DNA of 64,000 nucleotides from Victivallales bacterium (GTDB lineage: Bacteria > Verrucomicrobiota > Lentisphaeria > Victivallales > GWF2-38-69), in contig OZ245791.1 of assembly GCA_965228125.1 (NCBI GenBank), positions 483,894 to 547,893 on the forward strand, written 5' to 3'. The notes below the pieces were generated by a model. The model was not told where the DNA came from. It made no database searches and saw only the letters and a list, made by a program, of their open reading frames with translations. Positions within the stretch are counted from its first letter, which is position 1. The number at the start of each line of letters is the position of its first letter. Below are positions 10,439 through 20,499 of this stretch, one piece after another. The position numbers and the translations under genes were made by a program.

Positions 10439-10476
10439 CTTAAAATCAGACAAAATATATCTTAAAATCAGACAAA
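10439..10476. repeat. Perfect 16-bp direct repeat CTTAAAATCAGACAAA x2 (22-bp period); probable regulator sites
   Basis: Copies at 10439-10454 and 10461-10476 in the cutC/plsY divergent intergenic region. Confidence 0.8.
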
Positions 10477-10596
10477 TTTCCTAATAAAAAAGTTCAATGA
10501 CAAACAAGTATACTGCTATAGAACAGAAAATTATGGGATTGGTTGATAGAATCTCTCATTCTAACCTAGTAAATCATTACAGGAAGGAAATCACTC

Positions 10597-11235
10597 ATGC
10601 CATCATTTGAAATGTTTCTTGTATTTATTGTGTCTTATCTTTTCGGTGCTGTCCCATGGGGCTATATAATAGGAAAATCTCATGGAGTAGACATCCGCGA
10701 GCACGGCAGCAAAAACATCGGCTCCACAAATGTAACAAGAACACTCGGTAAAAAATGGGGTGTGCTGTGTTTTATCCTTGACTTCTTCAAAGGGTTTCTA
10801 CCTTCATCTATTGCCATGTATATACTTCCGAAATATCTATCTCTACACGGCAATTACATCGATATTTGCATCGTTTTAGCTATTATAGGTGCATTCATAG
10901 GCCATATATTCCCTGTATATCTGAAATTCAAGGGAGGAAAAGGTGTAGCCACAGGAGCCGGTGCGTTGATGGCTTTGACTCCTATTGCAGTACTTATCGG
11001 CCTTTCCGGATGGTTTATAATATTCAACATTACAAGATATGTCTCGGCAGCAAGCATCTTTGCCGCACTAATCGTAACTGTAATGACCTCTGTTCTGTCT
11101 GTATCGGGCGTCTATCATCTTTCTGCCATTCTCCAGATATTTGTAGCCTTTATCTGTTTAATAGCTATCATTAAACATAGAACCAATATAATCAGACTGC
11201 TTAACGGCACAGAGAATCGCTTCGAGAAAAAATAA
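10597..11235 (+). CDS. plsY: Glycerol-3-phosphate acyltransferase PlsY
   Basis: DIREHGSKNIGSTNVTR, GHIFPVYLKFKGGKGVAT, KHRTNIIRL. Confidence 0.96.
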   Translation: MPSFEMFLVFIVSYLFGAVPWGYIIGKSHGVDIREHGSKNIGSTNVTRTLGKKWGVLCFILDFFKGFLPSSIAMYILPKYLSLHGNYIDICIVLAIIGAFIGHIFPVYLKFKGGKGVATGAGALMALTPIAVLIGLSGWFIIFNITRYVSAASIFAALIVTVMTSVLSVSGVYHLSAILQIFVAFICLIAIIKHRTNIIRLLNGTENRFEKK

Positions 11236-11263
11236 ATTCACTCCAGATATTTCAAAAAAGGAG

Positions 11264-12574
11264 ATGAGCCCCATGGTGAAGAAGTTCTACAAGAAAATCA
11301 CAGATGATATATGGCAATTCACCGAGAACGAAGCAAGCAAGGCTAAAAACGCCTTTGTCAGGAGCTTTAAAATCGCAGTACTCACATGTAGAGGATTCAA
11401 GGAAAACAAGTGTTATCTCAAAGCGTCGGCATTGACTTTCTATACAATTTTATCCGTTGTTCCTGTTATGGCTCTAGCTTTTGCCATAGCAAAAGGTTTT
11501 GGCCTTGACGAGAAACTTACGGCTGAGCTCTACGCTAAATTCAGCGATCAACATGTAATACTCAATAAGATTATAGAGTTCGCAGACAAACTTCTGTCCA
11601 GAACCCAGGGTGGTCTTATCGCAGGAATAGGCGTAGTACTTCTTTTATGGACTATCATCAAACTATTCAGTAATATTGAAGGTGCTTTTAATGACATATG
11701 GCAAATCAAAAAAGGAAGGGTTTTCTTTAGGAAAGTAACTGATTATCTTTCAATGTTTTTTATCTGTCCTATTCTTCTTGTGGTTTCGTCAAGTTTTACG
11801 GCATTTCTTTCTTCTGACCTAAGCAAGACATCTTATCTGCCAGGATATATAATTATACTCATACCTACTGTATTTTCACATATTGCTATCTGGTCTTTGC
11901 TTGCTTTCATATATATGCTTTTGCCAAACTGCAAGGTCAAACTGACCTCCGCACTGATACCAGCCATAATTGTCGGTACTCTCTTCAATTTCATACAATT
12001 TTCGTATTTTGATTTACAAATACTCATAACCAAGTATAATGCCATTTACGGAAGTTTTGCTGCCCTTCCTCTATTTCTGTTGTGGGTTCAAATCAACTGG
12101 ACTATAGTCCTTGCAGGGGCACAGATGTCATTCTACATTGATAATATCGAGCTTCACGAATATGATTATTCTCTTCACAAAATAAGCTTGAAACAGAAAA
12201 AACTCCTCTCTCTGATGATAGTAAAGCTGATAGTTGATAACTTCCAAAAAAGCGATATACCTCTAAACGCAAAGACACTGGCATATAAACTCAAACTCCC
12301 TTTTAATCTTACTCAGGAAATTATTGACAATCTAGTCTCAGCTAAACTAATCTCTATCGTTTATAAAAATGACAATACTTTCGCCGGATATCAACCGTCA
12401 AGATGCGTTACATCTATCTCGATAAACCATGTCATCTCCAAACTTGAAACACTTAATACCAAAGAAACCCTCCGTTTTAGCCATATGGGGTTCGATAGGA
12501 TCCAAACTCATGTCAAACATCTGGAAAACTCTCAAGAGAACTCCGATTCAAATATACTTATAAAGGATATTTGA
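11264..12574 (+). CDS. YihY/BrkB family inner-membrane protein with C-terminal winged-helix-like region
   Basis: ASALTFYTILSVVP, IEGAFNDIW, YNAIYGSFAALPLFLLW. Confidence 0.88.
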   Translation: MSPMVKKFYKKITDDIWQFTENEASKAKNAFVRSFKIAVLTCRGFKENKCYLKASALTFYTILSVVPVMALAFAIAKGFGLDEKLTAELYAKFSDQHVILNKIIEFADKLLSRTQGGLIAGIGVVLLLWTIIKLFSNIEGAFNDIWQIKKGRVFFRKVTDYLSMFFICPILLVVSSSFTAFLSSDLSKTSYLPGYIIILIPTVFSHIAIWSLLAFIYMLLPNCKVKLTSALIPAIIVGTLFNFIQFSYFDLQILITKYNAIYGSFAALPLFLLWVQINWTIVLAGAQMSFYIDNIELHEYDYSLHKISLKQKKLLSLMIVKLIVDNFQKSDIPLNAKTLAYKLKLPFNLTQEIIDNLVSAKLISIVYKNDNTFAGYQPSRCVTSISINHVISKLETLNTKETLRFSHMGFDRIQTHVKHLENSQENSDSNILIKDI

Positions 12575-12630
12575 TCTATTGATAGGCAAAAAATATCTGC
12601 CTTACATCGTTCCGTGCTATTTTCCGTGCC

Positions 12631-14379
12631 TCACTTTGAATCGACAGGTTCAGTAGGAGGAACATCTAGATACTTCAATGCTTTCTCTGCTATTTGGGTA
12701 AATGCCGGAGCCGACACTACACCACCATAACTTGCACCCTTTGGTTCATCAATTGACACAAGAAGCACAAATGCTGGATCATCAGCCGGAACGAAGCCAA
12801 TAAAACTAGCTACATATTGAGAGTGCGAATATTCGCCGTTTACCCATTTTTGCGCAGTGCCTGTCTTGCCGGCAACTTTATACCCGGGGATATTGGCTTT
12901 AGTAGCTGTCCCGCCTTCTTCTGTTACAAGTTTCATCATTGTTACTATTTCGTTGGCAGCTTTCTCGCTGAATATTCTTTCCGCATTCTTAATGGGAAAA
13001 TTATAAACTGTGTCATTGTCACTACTCTGAATTTTATCCACAATTCTAAGTTTCATTCTTTGTCCATTATTCGCCAGAGCCGTATAAGCACTTACCATCT
13101 GTAATGGTGTTGTCAATATTCCCTGCCCTATTGGAAATCTAGTCGCTGACAACTTGTCCCATTTTTCATATTTCCTCAGGATTCCAGTGGCTTCCGGTTC
13201 GAATGGAAGTCCCGACTCTTCTCCAAATCCGCATTGTACTAATAAATCATATAGTTTTTTCTGCCCCATTGTAAGAGATATTTTTGCAGTTCCTATATTA
13301 CTTGATTTCTGTATTATCGAAGAGACATTTAGCATCCCATAAGGATGAGAATCCCTTAGCAATTTCCCTGCATAAAACCATCTGCCTTTTTCACAGTCAA
13401 ACACCGTTTCAGGCCTAACCACCCCCAAATCCAAAGCTTTTGCCACAACGAGAGGTTTCATAATCGAACCTGGCTCAAAACCCTCTGTTACTATTTTATT
13501 CTGCCAATCATTTCCATTAAGATTCGAACGGTCATTGGGGTTAAAACTCGGTCTCTGCCCCATTGCCAATATTGACCCTGTCTTAGGATCTACCATCACT
13601 GCATATGCGCTTTTGGGTTGCCATTTCTCCATCAAAACATCAAGCTGTTCCTCTACGATTGCCTGCAGAGGTTCACTGATGGTAAGATAAATGTCATCGC
13701 CTTGTTTCTTGTCTTCAAACCGATTGTTCCCATAAGCAAGAGGTATCCCGTCTCTGGCTCGCTCATAAACTGTAATATTGGCTCGGTCCGGTGATAGAAT
13801 ACTGTTATAGGCTCTCTCAATGCCTGACACTGGCACTACATCTGTTTCATCAGCGTTGATAAAACCCAGCACATTCGAGAGAAGCTGGTCTTTTGGATAA
13901 TATCTCTTGGATCCGTCAGAAAAATAAATTCCGTTGATTTTCTTCTTCTTTATCTCATCTTTAAGTATATCAGCATCTTCTAAAGACGCTTCATTCTTTA
14001 TCACAACCTCATGTACTTTCTTTCCATTGTTCTCTTTTCTGCTTAATCTTTCATATATCTTCTTATATGGAATTTTAAGCCTGTAAGAAAAAAGTCTTGA
14101 TACTCTCTGAACATCACCCTTGTCTCCTATAAGATTTGGATCAGCTCTAATATCAACACATGGTATATTTCCGACTAAGAGATTACCGTCGCAGTCATAT
14201 ATCTCCCCTCTTGCCCCCTTATTTTTCTTTATAGATGTGTACTTCTTTTTGGCCTTATCATAAAGCTCTTTGTGTTGGTCTATCTGGAGAAAATATAAAT
14301 GGACGACAAGGTAAATAAATATTGATACTATGAAAACCGTTACACTAATGATCTTAAGTAAGAAACTCTTGCGCCCCAT
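12631..14379 (-). CDS. ftsI: Class B penicillin-binding protein FtsI
   Basis: RGEIYD, KRYYP, EPGSIMK (SxxK), SSN (SxN), AGKTGT; follows mraZ-rsmH-ftsL. Confidence 0.9.
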   Translation of the reverse strand: MGRKSFLLKIISVTVFIVSIFIYLVVHLYFLQIDQHKELYDKAKKKYTSIKKNKGARGEIYDCDGNLLVGNIPCVDIRADPNLIGDKGDVQRVSRLFSYRLKIPYKKIYERLSRKENNGKKVHEVVIKNEASLEDADILKDEIKKKKINGIYFSDGSKRYYPKDQLLSNVLGFINADETDVVPVSGIERAYNSILSPDRANITVYERARDGIPLAYGNNRFEDKKQGDDIYLTISEPLQAIVEEQLDVLMEKWQPKSAYAVMVDPKTGSILAMGQRPSFNPNDRSNLNGNDWQNKIVTEGFEPGSIMKPLVVAKALDLGVVRPETVFDCEKGRWFYAGKLLRDSHPYGMLNVSSIIQKSSNIGTAKISLTMGQKKLYDLLVQCGFGEESGLPFEPEATGILRKYEKWDKLSATRFPIGQGILTTPLQMVSAYTALANNGQRMKLRIVDKIQSSDNDTVYNFPIKNAERIFSEKAANEIVTMMKLVTEEGGTATKANIPGYKVAGKTGTAQKWVNGEYSHSQYVASFIGFVPADDPAFVLLVSIDEPKGASYGGVVSAPAFTQIAEKALKYLDVPPTEPVDSK

Positions 14380-14403
14380 AGCATCTCATTATAAGGAATA
14401 TGA

Positions 14404-14832
14404 TTAATCGTTAACAACGCTTTTTGAATTAGCAATTTGGGGAGAATAAACAAATTTTTGACCTTTAACCGATGCACCTTTAAGTTTAAAATCCGAAGGT
14501 ATCAATTTAACTATCTGCTCAGGCTCAGCAGGACGAAGTCCAAGGTTATTTCGTGCTATCTTCCCATATATATATTCTTTCCTGCTCTTGATTTCCAGAG
14601 AGAGCTTTAAATTTTGTATTTCTCTGTCTAGCTTGTATATCTCACTCTCATTAATAGTAATCTCTTTCTTCATCCTTTGGCTTTGTCCATCAAAATAAAC
14701 TGTAGAGCCGAACACACCGAATGAAAGCATCAATACTACTATCAAATAAACTGATAATTTTATTATCGTGCTCCCTCGCCGGCTCTCTCCCAAATCTCTT
14801 TTAAGAGAGCTTTTTCTGGCCCTTAAATTCAT
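14404..14832 (-). CDS. ftsL: Probable cell division protein FtsL
   Basis: Basic N-terminus, single TM, coiled coil, ARNNLGL; lies between rsmH and ftsI. Confidence 0.65.
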   Translation of the reverse strand: MNLRARKSSLKRDLGESRRGSTIIKLSVYLIVVLMLSFGVFGSTVYFDGQSQRMKKEITINESEIYKLDREIQNLKLSLEIKSRKEYIYGKIARNNLGLRPAEPEQIVKLIPSDFKLKGASVKGQKFVYSPQIANSKSVVND

Positions 14833-14861
14833 AATACAAAACTCCTTATATAACCTTTATT

Positions 14862-15812
14862 CTAAACAATCTTCTCTGCTACTCTAAATTTTGCCGATGA
14901 GGACCTTCTGTTTTTCTTCACCTCTTCAGGCGATGGCTCCAATGGTTTTTTGGTTACAAGCTTCATCTTTGCTTTATGCCCGCATCTGCATATTGGAAAC
15001 CTTTTAGAACACAAACAATCAGTCGCCTCTCTTCTCAAAATGTTTTTTACGATTCTATCTTCGAGAGAGTGATAACTTATCACTCCCAATCTGCCGCCTT
15101 TTTTAAGAATTGAAATCGCTCCTTCTACCGCCTTTTCCAGTTCTCCAAGTTCATCGTTTACAGCTATTCTCAAAGCCTGAAAACAGAGAGTTGAAACTGG
15201 AGGTCCGTTCTTTCTCGGACTCTTCACTATCTCCTCGCAAAACTCGCTGAATTCTTCTGTTGACATCCATGGCCGCTCTGCCCTTCTGGCAACCACTGCT
15301 CTTGCTAGTTTCAAAGAACCGGCTATCTCTCCATACTGTCTAAAAATATCTGCCAATTCAGTAATCGATTTTTTATTTAAAAGTTTTGCGGCTGTCAGCT
15401 CCTGAGAAACATCCATTCTCATATCCAACGGCCCATTTTTCCTGAAAGAAAACCCTCTATAATCTTCGTCTATCTGGACTGATGAAACCCCGATGTCCAA
15501 TAAAACTGCATCTACTTTTTCCCATCCTATCGAATAGGCAACATCTGCTATCTCGCTGAATCTTGATTTATACACTATTACCTTGTCAGCTACATCACAG
15601 AATCTCCTCTTAGAAGACTCCAATGCCTCAGAATCTCTATCCAAACCCAATACTTCTGCATCATGGTTTTTCTTAATTATTGCATCTGTATGTCCGCCAA
15701 AACCAATAGTACCATCTACAACTTTTATTTTTCCTTCTGGTGCTATCAAATGTTCCAACACCTCATCAACCATCACTGGCAAATGTTTCAAATTCTCATC
15801 AAGTCGATCCAT
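14862..15812 (-). CDS. rsmH: 16S rRNA m4C1402 methyltransferase RsmH (MraW)
   Basis: HLPVMVDEV, DGTIGFGGH, DIGVSSVQID, GPLDMRMD, FQALRIAVN, ISYHSLEDRIVK. Confidence 0.96.
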   Translation of the reverse strand: MDRLDENLKHLPVMVDEVLEHLIAPEGKIKVVDGTIGFGGHTDAIIKKNHDAEVLGLDRDSEALESSKRRFCDVADKVIVYKSRFSEIADVAYSIGWEKVDAVLLDIGVSSVQIDEDYRGFSFRKNGPLDMRMDVSQELTAAKLLNKKSITELADIFRQYGEIAGSLKLARAVVARRAERPWMSTEEFSEFCEEIVKSPRKNGPPVSTLCFQALRIAVNDELGELEKAVEGAISILKKGGRLGVISYHSLEDRIVKNILRREATDCLCSKRFPICRCGHKAKMKLVTKKPLEPSPEEVKKNRRSSSAKFRVAEKIV

Positions 15813-16301
15813 TTATTTTATTTCCTCTATTGATTGAATCACATTAAGTAATTCATCATCAGTGACCTGGAATTTATTCCAATTGGATTTAGACCATATC
15901 TGAATTCGGCTGAATGACCCGGCCAATACAAGTTCATTATCAATTTCACTGCCTCTCTTTATCTCAGCATATTCAAGCAATTGATCTGGAATGTGAATCC
16001 TTCCCTGCTTGTCAGGATTACACTCTTTGGACCTAGCTCCTAGTTTTGCAAGGGTCAAAGATGCTTTAGGATCTGCAATAGAGACCTTTTTGAGCTTATC
16101 TGTCATGTCTTTGAAAACATGATATGGCATCAACTGCAATGCACTGTGCCTACCAGGAAGAACGTAAAACCTATTATCTTCTCCTTTGGAACGCCATTCG
16201 CTCGGAATCGCAACGCGGCGCTGATTATCTATGGCATGAGTAAACTCACCCACATAGAGCATCTCAGTATTATTATTGCCGCTATTTGCTTCCATATTCA
16301 C
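15813..16301 (-). CDS. mraZ: Transcriptional regulator MraZ
   Basis: Two DxxxR repeats (DNQRRVAIP, DKQGRIHIP) and IQIWS; first gene of the dcw cluster. Alternative ATG start at 16295. Confidence 0.93.
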   Translation of the reverse strand: MNMEANSGNNNTEMLYVGEFTHAIDNQRRVAIPSEWRSKGEDNRFYVLPGRHSALQLMPYHVFKDMTDKLKKVSIADPKASLTLAKLGARSKECNPDKQGRIHIPDQLLEYAEIKRGSEIDNELVLAGSFSRIQIWSKSNWNKFQVTDDELLNVIQSIEEIK

Positions 16302-16340
16302 CTTTTATAACCTTTTTACAACTATTTTACCCTAAATAAA
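16300..16340 (-). promoter_or_regulatory. Putative MraZ operator (dcw box): four degenerate repeats at 10-bp period
   Basis: + strand 10-mers ccttttataa|cctttttaca|actattttac|cctaaataaa directly upstream of mraZ. Confidence 0.45.
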
Positions 16341-16569
16341 AAAATAACACAATAGAAATAAAGTTATTTTCTTATTAAATTTTGAAGACTTTAGAGATGG
16401 AGTTAGTACCAGAAGATGTATATAGGACTAAAAGTGCCAACAGCTCAAAGGCTGTGGGTAGCAATATATTTTGTATATCAACCTCAGAAAAAAGCGAAAA
16501 ACAACGTAGGCTGGATGTCTATTGAAATTAAAGATACAAGGATGAAAGTGGGAGAATAAAAAATAGTGA

Positions 16570-17643
16570 TCAGGATTTATCTGGAGGCTTTTTAGCAGTA
16601 ATGTTTTTCAACATGGACTTTATCGGTGAAACAATTTTCTTAGAAGCTATTTTTAATATAAGCGAAGGCAGGTTGCCGATAGCTCCTATAAGAAATAATG
16701 TTAATGTCAAAGCGCGCAATTTAAAAAGAAGTTCATCTTCCGGGATGACTATTCCTAAAGTGCAGCCTGTTAAAGCAAGCGGCTGATAATAGAGATAACA
16801 GTACCTTTTTTCATTATGAGAGTAATAGCGCTCATAGCCAGTCTTTCCTTGCAGCATCTTTTCGCCAAGTTCTCTCTCTTTCTTATCATAAAATTTATCG
16901 GCAAGTGTAAAAAAACTCTGATGATTCAGATAGTAGGTACTATTCGGGTGAGCAATAAACTTGCCTTCAGGAGAAAGAATAAAAGCGTAACCTGTTTCAA
17001 AGATCTTTATTTTAGAAATAATATCTTCCAGCCAGGAAAGAGATATATCACAAGTAACAACACCACAGAACTTTCTTTCTCCATTGATAGTCTTGTAGAA
17101 CGGTTGAGAATAGGTAACCATTACTACATTGCCGCCATCCTTATCAAAGTATGGTTCACTCCATAATGCTTTGTTTAGCTTTTTTGCTTGGCTATACCAA
17201 TTTTGATTGAGATAATCGTATTCAGGCGTTCCCAAATTTGCATATAAAAGTTTATTTTCTGATTCATAATAATAAGGGCAAAAATACTTTAGGTTTTTAT
17301 TTAGCTTATAGGGTTCAAAAGCTATTGCGCTTCCGTATATATTTTTGTTATTCTCTATCAAAGTTCTCAAGAGATCCTTAATTTCTGTTTCGTTAAGATC
17401 TATGCACTGAAGGATATAAGAAATATTCTCCGGCATCTTTTCAGCAGAGACAAAAATCGTGTTTATCTGCGAGAGGGTGGAAATAGCAAGAGCCCTGGTA
17501 TTGTCTCGGATATTATCGAGAATTATTCTTTTCGATACATAGTAGTTATAGCCAAGAAGAATAACGAAAGTAATCAAAGATATCGTAGCAATATACAGGC
17601 TTGCTCTTTTAAAGACTTTATTTTTAATACTTGGTATGCGCAT
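16570..17643 (-). CDS. dCache_1 sensor-domain membrane protein with no cytoplasmic output domain
   Basis: TM1, then IYGSAIAFEP, WY..AK, WSEPYFD, GVVTCDISL, GYAFILS.EGKFIAHP, then TM2; stops at the start of a HAMP-like segment. Confidence 0.8.
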   Translation of the reverse strand: MRIPSIKNKVFKRASLYIATISLITFVILLGYNYYVSKRIILDNIRDNTRALAISTLSQINTIFVSAEKMPENISYILQCIDLNETEIKDLLRTLIENNKNIYGSAIAFEPYKLNKNLKYFCPYYYESENKLLYANLGTPEYDYLNQNWYSQAKKLNKALWSEPYFDKDGGNVVMVTYSQPFYKTINGERKFCGVVTCDISLSWLEDIISKIKIFETGYAFILSPEGKFIAHPNSTYYLNHQSFFTLADKFYDKKERELGEKMLQGKTGYERYYSHNEKRYCYLYYQPLALTGCTLGIVIPEDELLFKLRALTLTLFLIGAIGNLPSLILKIASKKIVSPIKSMLKNITAKKPPDKS

Positions 17644-17821
17644 GTCTAAACCCTCCTATACCCGGATAATTATATCTGATATCTCATTCTATGTAAGTGT
17701 TAAAATGAAGTACAACTGCTTATAATTAATTTCAAAGAATGGGATACTTTTGACAAAATATAAAATACACATCACGTCTAAGTCCTTCAGAATATTAAAA
17801 CACTAACGTGGGGAGAGCTAA

Positions 17822-19345
17822 ATGAAAAAGAGTTTGCCATTATTGTTGGCTGCTTTGGTACTAGTCGGGATTTCAACTAATAATGCTTTTGGCTGTTTTG
17901 CTGTCGTTGTAGGTAAAAAAATATCTACCGATGGTTCTGTACTTCTAGGACATAATGAGCAAAATTCCGGCGAAAGATTTTTAAATTTCAGAAAAATTCC
18001 ACGCATGTCTCATCCTGATGGTTCAGTAATAGTTTTAAAAAACGGTGCCACGATGCCTCAGGTTCCCGTAACTTACGGTTTTCTCTGGTCGCAAAACCCT
18101 GGATGTGTTTCCAGTGATGCGTATATTAATGAGTATGGCGTGGCAATTGTGAGCGATTATTGCCCCGACAGAAATGTTGAGAAGGTTGACGATAGTTCTC
18201 AGGACAAAGAAAAAGTTGACCTTGCATATATGTTCCGCAGGCTCCTTATTGAGCGCGCAAAGACTGCAAGGGAAGCCGTACAGGTGGGCGCAGATCTCAT
18301 AGCCAAATACGGTTATGCTAGTACCAGAACCTTTGTTATAGCCGACCCCAATGAAGCATGGTTGATGTCAGTGACTAACGGCAAACAGTGGGTCGCCGAA
18401 AAAGTTCCAGATGATAAAGTCGTTCTTCTTCCAAATGTGTATATCATAGCTGAAGTAAACCTGAGTGACAAAGATAATTTTATTGGTTCTCCAGACCTTA
18501 TAGATTATGCTGTAAAACAAGGCTGGTATGATCCGAAATCAGGAAAACCTTTCAGATTTGATGAGGCATATTCCCTGCCAAGAGAAAAACTTGTTGACCC
18601 CCGCCAACGGGTCGCCCAAAGCATAGTCACGGCTCAGAATATAAATCAAACACCTGACAGGCGTTTACCCATGATGGTCACCCCTGCTAAAAAAATGGAT
18701 ATAAAAGATGTCCTTACAGTGCTAAGATATAGTAACATAAAACATACTAATCAATGTCCGGCAGAAGTTGTTCAGTCCATTAAAAAACTTTGCCAGACAT
18801 GCGCTCCCGAATCAGATCATCAATTTGGAGACATAAGCGCTCCGAATGTTCAGGAAGCAGCAATCTTCCAACTCCGAAATTTCCTGCCGCCCTCTATTGG
18901 CTGTGTCTATTGGAGGGTGACTGGCGAACCTTCTGTTGGCGTTCTTACTCCATGGTATCTCGGGATCATAAAAACCCCTGCTAACTATCACTCCGCCGGA
19001 GACCTGAACAAAATTCTTACAGAAGAAAACCATTTTTCCCAAACTGAAAATAATTTTAAGCCGCTTATGGATAAAGCATGGTGGATTTTCAAAACTTTAC
19101 AGGATCTTGTAGATCAGGATACCAGCGGAACAAAACTTAAAATCGTCCGTGAAATATGGAATAATTTTGAAAAGAAAGAATACAAAAAACAACCCAGAAT
19201 TGATGGAAAAGCTCTGGGACTATTCAACAACAAAGGAGAATTTTCTTCAGATCTCTATCTGACATGCTACTGCTTCAAACAGGCTATCAAGGCTGAAGAA
19301 ATCGCTAAGAAACTCATAGTCGAATTCAACGATAATGAAATATAA
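17822..19345 (+). CDS. Secreted C69 family (Ntn-hydrolase) dipeptidase
   Basis: Signal peptide followed by the nucleophile Cys (AFG/CFAVVVGK..STDGSVLLGHNE); INEYGVAI, ERAKTAREAV, IADPNEAW. Confidence 0.88.
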   Translation: MKKSLPLLLAALVLVGISTNNAFGCFAVVVGKKISTDGSVLLGHNEQNSGERFLNFRKIPRMSHPDGSVIVLKNGATMPQVPVTYGFLWSQNPGCVSSDAYINEYGVAIVSDYCPDRNVEKVDDSSQDKEKVDLAYMFRRLLIERAKTAREAVQVGADLIAKYGYASTRTFVIADPNEAWLMSVTNGKQWVAEKVPDDKVVLLPNVYIIAEVNLSDKDNFIGSPDLIDYAVKQGWYDPKSGKPFRFDEAYSLPREKLVDPRQRVAQSIVTAQNINQTPDRRLPMMVTPAKKMDIKDVLTVLRYSNIKHTNQCPAEVVQSIKKLCQTCAPESDHQFGDISAPNVQEAAIFQLRNFLPPSIGCVYWRVTGEPSVGVLTPWYLGIIKTPANYHSAGDLNKILTEENHFSQTENNFKPLMDKAWWIFKTLQDLVDQDTSGTKLKIVREIWNNFEKKEYKKQPRIDGKALGLFNNKGEFSSDLYLTCYCFKQAIKAEEIAKKLIVEFNDNEI

Positions 19346-19360
19346 TCCCTTATTTAAATT

Positions 19361-20473
19361 GTGGAAACAATAGACAAGCTCAAAATATTATCAGAGAGCT
19401 CCCAGTATGATCTTGCCTGTGCCTGCGGCACTAATGATTCAGATAGGAGAAAGAGAGGAGAGGACGGAAAATGGATATACCCGGTGACTCTGCCAAACGG
19501 AGGCCATTCGGTACTTCTGAAAACTCTGATGTCCAACTCATGTGGCAGCGACTGCAGTTACTGCCCGCTCAGGAATTCAAGCAATGTCAGAAGATGTACT
19601 CTTTCCCCTGAGGAAGTTTGTAAAACTTTCATGAACTATTATACATCAGGAAAAGTTTTCGGGTTATTTCTGAGTTCAGGTATAATTGACTCTCCTGACA
19701 CTGCTATGGATAAACTTATCGCGTCTGTTTCCACTCTAAGAAACAAATATTCTTTCAAAGGATATATCCATCTTAAGGTAATCCCGGGAGCATCTGATGA
19801 GGCCATAGAAAAGGCAATGTCGCTCTCAAGTGCCGTATCGTTAAATATAGAAACTCCCGGCAGCAAGTATTTCAATAAGTTGTCAAGATATAAAAACTTT
19901 GATAAAGATATTTCAAGATCATTGAAATACATGGCTTTTCTGTCGGAACATAAATACAGAAAAGTTAAACTTACTACACAGTTTGTCGTAGGCGCGTCGG
20001 ATGAACCTGATTCAGATATTCTGAAATGTTCTTTTGCATTATACAACAAACTTAATTACAACAGGGTGTATTTTTCAGCTTACCAGGATTTATCTAATAT
20101 AGAGCTCCCCTTTAGACTGGAAGAGGAAGTACCTGAGAACTGTTACAGAATCATAAGAGAACACAGGCTTTATCAATCTGATTTTCTCATAAGGAAGTAC
20201 GGTTTTAAAGAAGAAGATTTTCTTTTCGATGGCAAAGGCAACCTGAGCATAAATGAGGATCCAAAATCTGTATGGGCAGCCAGACATCCGGAATTCTATC
20301 CGGTAAACATAAACTCAGCTTCTAAAGAGATGTTATTGAGAATTCCCGGCATCGGACCAACTTTAGCGTCCAGAATTATAGGATTAAGAAAAATTCATAA
20401 GTTGGCAGATTTATCAATGATCGGATTAAGAGGCAAATCTGAATTGAGAACCAAACAGTATACAGCTTTTTAA
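19361..20473 (+). CDS. Putative DNA modification/repair radical SAM protein (TIGR03916-like) with C-terminal HhH
   Basis: KLKILS..SQYDLAC, CGSDCSYC, GLFLSSG, YIHLKVIPG, REHRLYQSDFLIR.YGF, LLRIPGIG. Confidence 0.88.
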   Translation: METIDKLKILSESSQYDLACACGTNDSDRRKRGEDGKWIYPVTLPNGGHSVLLKTLMSNSCGSDCSYCPLRNSSNVRRCTLSPEEVCKTFMNYYTSGKVFGLFLSSGIIDSPDTAMDKLIASVSTLRNKYSFKGYIHLKVIPGASDEAIEKAMSLSSAVSLNIETPGSKYFNKLSRYKNFDKDISRSLKYMAFLSEHKYRKVKLTTQFVVGASDEPDSDILKCSFALYNKLNYNRVYFSAYQDLSNIELPFRLEEEVPENCYRIIREHRLYQSDFLIRKYGFKEEDFLFDGKGNLSINEDPKSVWAARHPEFYPVNINSASKEMLLRIPGIGPTLASRIIGLRKIHKLADLSMIGLRGKSELRTKQYTAF

Positions 20474-20499
20474 AATACCGAAACAAACAGACAAAATAT

